NCBI GenBank assembly: GCA_963828735.1
Contig: CAWHFW010000002.1
Span: 544,001 to 608,000, forward strand
DNA length: 64,000 bases
Reading direction: 5' to 3'
DNA from: an uncultured Gemmatimonadales bacterium
Lineage (GTDB): Bacteria; Gemmatimonadota; Gemmatimonadetes; Gemmatimonadales; GWC2-71-9
Within the stretch, counting starts at the first letter, position 1; each line of letters starts with the position of its first letter. Below are positions 62,232 through 64,000 of the stretch, in pieces. The translations under genes were made by a program, and so were the position numbers. Under the pieces are notes generated by a model that saw only the letters and a list, made by a program, of their open reading frames with translations, did no database searches and was not told the origin of the DNA.

Positions 62232-64000
62232 CCTGACGCGGTCATGACCGGCTCCCCCTGCAGGGCCAGGTGGAAGGTCGCGCCTCCCTCCTGGTTGTTG
62301 TTCGCCCAGAGCCGACCCCCGTGGGCGTTGACGATCGATCGACAAATGGCGAGGCCGAGGCCAAGCCCGTGCGGCTTCGAGGTCACGAACGGGTCGAAGA
62401 CCCGCTCCATCTTCTCTTCCGGAATGCCGGTCCCCTGATCCGCGACGGACAGCTCCACCAGACCCTCCTCGTTCGTGGCGGTCAGGATCGTTACCCGGCG
62501 CTCGCCCCGAGCCTTCGTGCTCACCGCATCGCACGCGTTCAGGAGCAGGTTCAACAACACCTGCTGCAGCTGCACGCGGTCTGCGAAGACCAGCGGGAGG
62601 GAGGGCGCGAGCGACGTATCCACCACGACCTTGCGCTGGATCAGGTCGCTGTGCACCAGCTCCAGCACCTCGGTGACCACGTCGTTGATGGCGAGGGCCC
62701 GCGGCTGGACGTCGCCCTTCCGAAGAAACGAGTGCAGGCGGTCGATCACGTCTCCCGCGCGGCGGTCGTCATGGGCGATGTCCTCGAGAATCTCGCGGAG
62801 CTCCGTCAGGTCCGGTGTGCCAGTGCGCAACAGTCGCTGCGCCGCCCGGGCATTGGCGAGGATCGCGGTGAGCGGCTGGTTGAGCTCGTGCGCCAAGGCA
62901 CCGGAGAGCTCGCCGAGCACGGCGACGCGGCTCAAGTGCGCCACCTGGCGGCGCTGGTCCTGGGCCTCCGCCTCGGCGTGTTTCCGCTCGGTGACGTCCC
63001 GGATGAAGACGATGAAGCACGGCTCGCCGCCCATCTCCACCGTGTCCGCGGCGATGACCGTCTGTCGCACCTCTCCCGACTTGGTCCGCAGCTCGAGGTC
63101 GTACTCACGCACGCGGCTTTCGGTGCCAAGCAGCCGCTCCAGCCCCTCATGATCTCCGACGGTGATGTACATGCCCAGCGCGACCGGCGTGCGGCCGACG
63201 GCCTCCTCGCGCGTGTGGCCGAACACGGCCTCCCAGGTGTCGTTGACCTCCAGGATCCTCCCATCGCCACGGCACGTGATCAGAATCGCGTCCGGGCTGG
63301 ACCGAAAGGCCTTGGAGAAGCGCTCCTCGGAGCTGCGGAGCGCCTGTTCGGCGTGCATCCGCTCGCTCACGTCCGCCGCGAACCCCACCATGCGCGAGAT
63401 GTTGCCCGCCTCATCCCTGAAGAACCGCCCGCGGTCCTCCACCCAGATGAGCCGCCCGTCCTTGCGGTACATGCGGTAGGTGAGGTGGAAGGTGTCCTCA
63501 GTAGCGATCACGCGCTCGATCTCCGCCTCAAACGCCGGTCGGTCGGCCGGGTGGATGCAGTCGACAAAGCCGCTGAGCCCGCCGCCCATCTCCGCCTCGG
63601 AGAAGCCCAGAATCCGGAGGAGATCACCGCCATAGGTCACGTCGTTGGTGCGGGGATCCCAATCGTACAGAAGCTGGTTGCTGGAGAGGATCGCGGCCTC
63701 ATAGCGGTTCTTCCACTCGCGGAGCGCGGCGTAGGCATGCCTGCGCTCCGTGACGTCCGCGTTCACGCCGAGCAGGCGAACGGGCCGGCCGAGGTTGTCG
63801 AAGATCGCCTTTCCCTTGGCCAGCACCCAGCGGGTCTCCCCGTTGGGGCGCAGGATCCGGAATTCGGTTTCGTAGGGCACGCCCTCCTCCACCGCCTGCC
63901 GCACCGCCTTGGACACGGCCGGTCGGTCCTCCGGGCTCAGCAGCTCGAGAAACGCGTCAAGCGTGAGATCGTGCGGAAGCGTGCCGAGTCCGAAGATCTC
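62228..64000 (-). CDS. Multi-PAS sensor histidine kinase (FixL/NodV-like), 5'-truncated by the window
   Basis: At least 3 PAS/PAC domains, LAHELNQPL, QVLLNLLLNA, DQGTG and GLGLGL. The frame is open to 64000. Confidence 0.93.
   Translation of the reverse strand, partial: EIFGLGTLPHDLTLDAFLELLSPEDRPAVSKAVRQAVEEGVPYETEFRILRPNGETRWVLAKGKAIFDNLGRPVRLLGVNADVTERRHAYAALREWKNRYEAAILSSNQLLYDWDPRTNDVTYGGDLLRILGFSEAEMGGGLSGFVDCIHPADRPAFEAEIERVIATEDTFHLTYRMYRKDGRLIWVEDRGRFFRDEAGNISRMVGFAADVSERMHAEQALRSSEERFSKAFRSSPDAILITCRGDGRILEVNDTWEAVFGHTREEAVGRTPVALGMYITVGDHEGLERLLGTESRVREYDLELRTKSGEVRQTVIAADTVEMGGEPCFIVFIRDVTERKHAEAEAQDQRRQVAHLSRVAVLGELSGALAHELNQPLTAILANARAAQRLLRTGTPDLTELREILEDIAHDDRRAGDVIDRLHSFLRKGDVQPRALAINDVVTEVLELVHSDLIQRKVVVDTSLAPSLPLVFADRVQLQQVLLNLLLNACDAVSTKARGERRVTILTATNEEGLVELSVADQGTGIPEEKMERVFDPFVTSKPHGLGLGLAICRSIVNAHGGRLWANNNQEGGATFHLALQGEPVMTASG

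Noticed and set aside
1..64000. Prophage, mobile element or anti-phage defence island
   Set aside because: No integrase, transposase, phage structural, nuclease or recognisable defence domains, and no obvious compositional boundary.

Overview
High-GC bacterial DNA, probably Gemmatimonadota judging from protein style (inference only). I found no rRNA, tRNA, CRISPR array, transposase or integrase. The window is a dense cluster of about 50 envelope, acid-stress and transport genes. It holds two PAS/GAF histidine kinases (both cut by the window edges), two FixJ/NodW-type response regulators, two stand-alone receivers, at least 8 outer-membrane beta-barrels plus TamB/TamA, a GH63-like glycosidase, a HAD phosphatase, HdeD proteins, MarC, a DUF3302-HlyD-NodT-SulP-PPK2 operon, arylsulfatases and a CobW GTPase. 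It also holds a porin-AspT-decarboxylase-racemase-AspT-AspD operon. The strongest signal lies outside the ORFs: a 17-bp pseudo-palindromic box (about TGNACS-AA-RGTCCA-NTG) occurs at 20 sites, all intergenic or at gene junctions. At 19 of them it points toward the adjacent downstream gene, and at 17 an NAnnnT -10-like hexamer follows 21-22 bp later. This suggests that most of the region is one activator-controlled regulon, most plausibly run by the two FixJ-family regulators encoded inside it (inference). Several genes are broken or truncated, which may be decay or assembly error.
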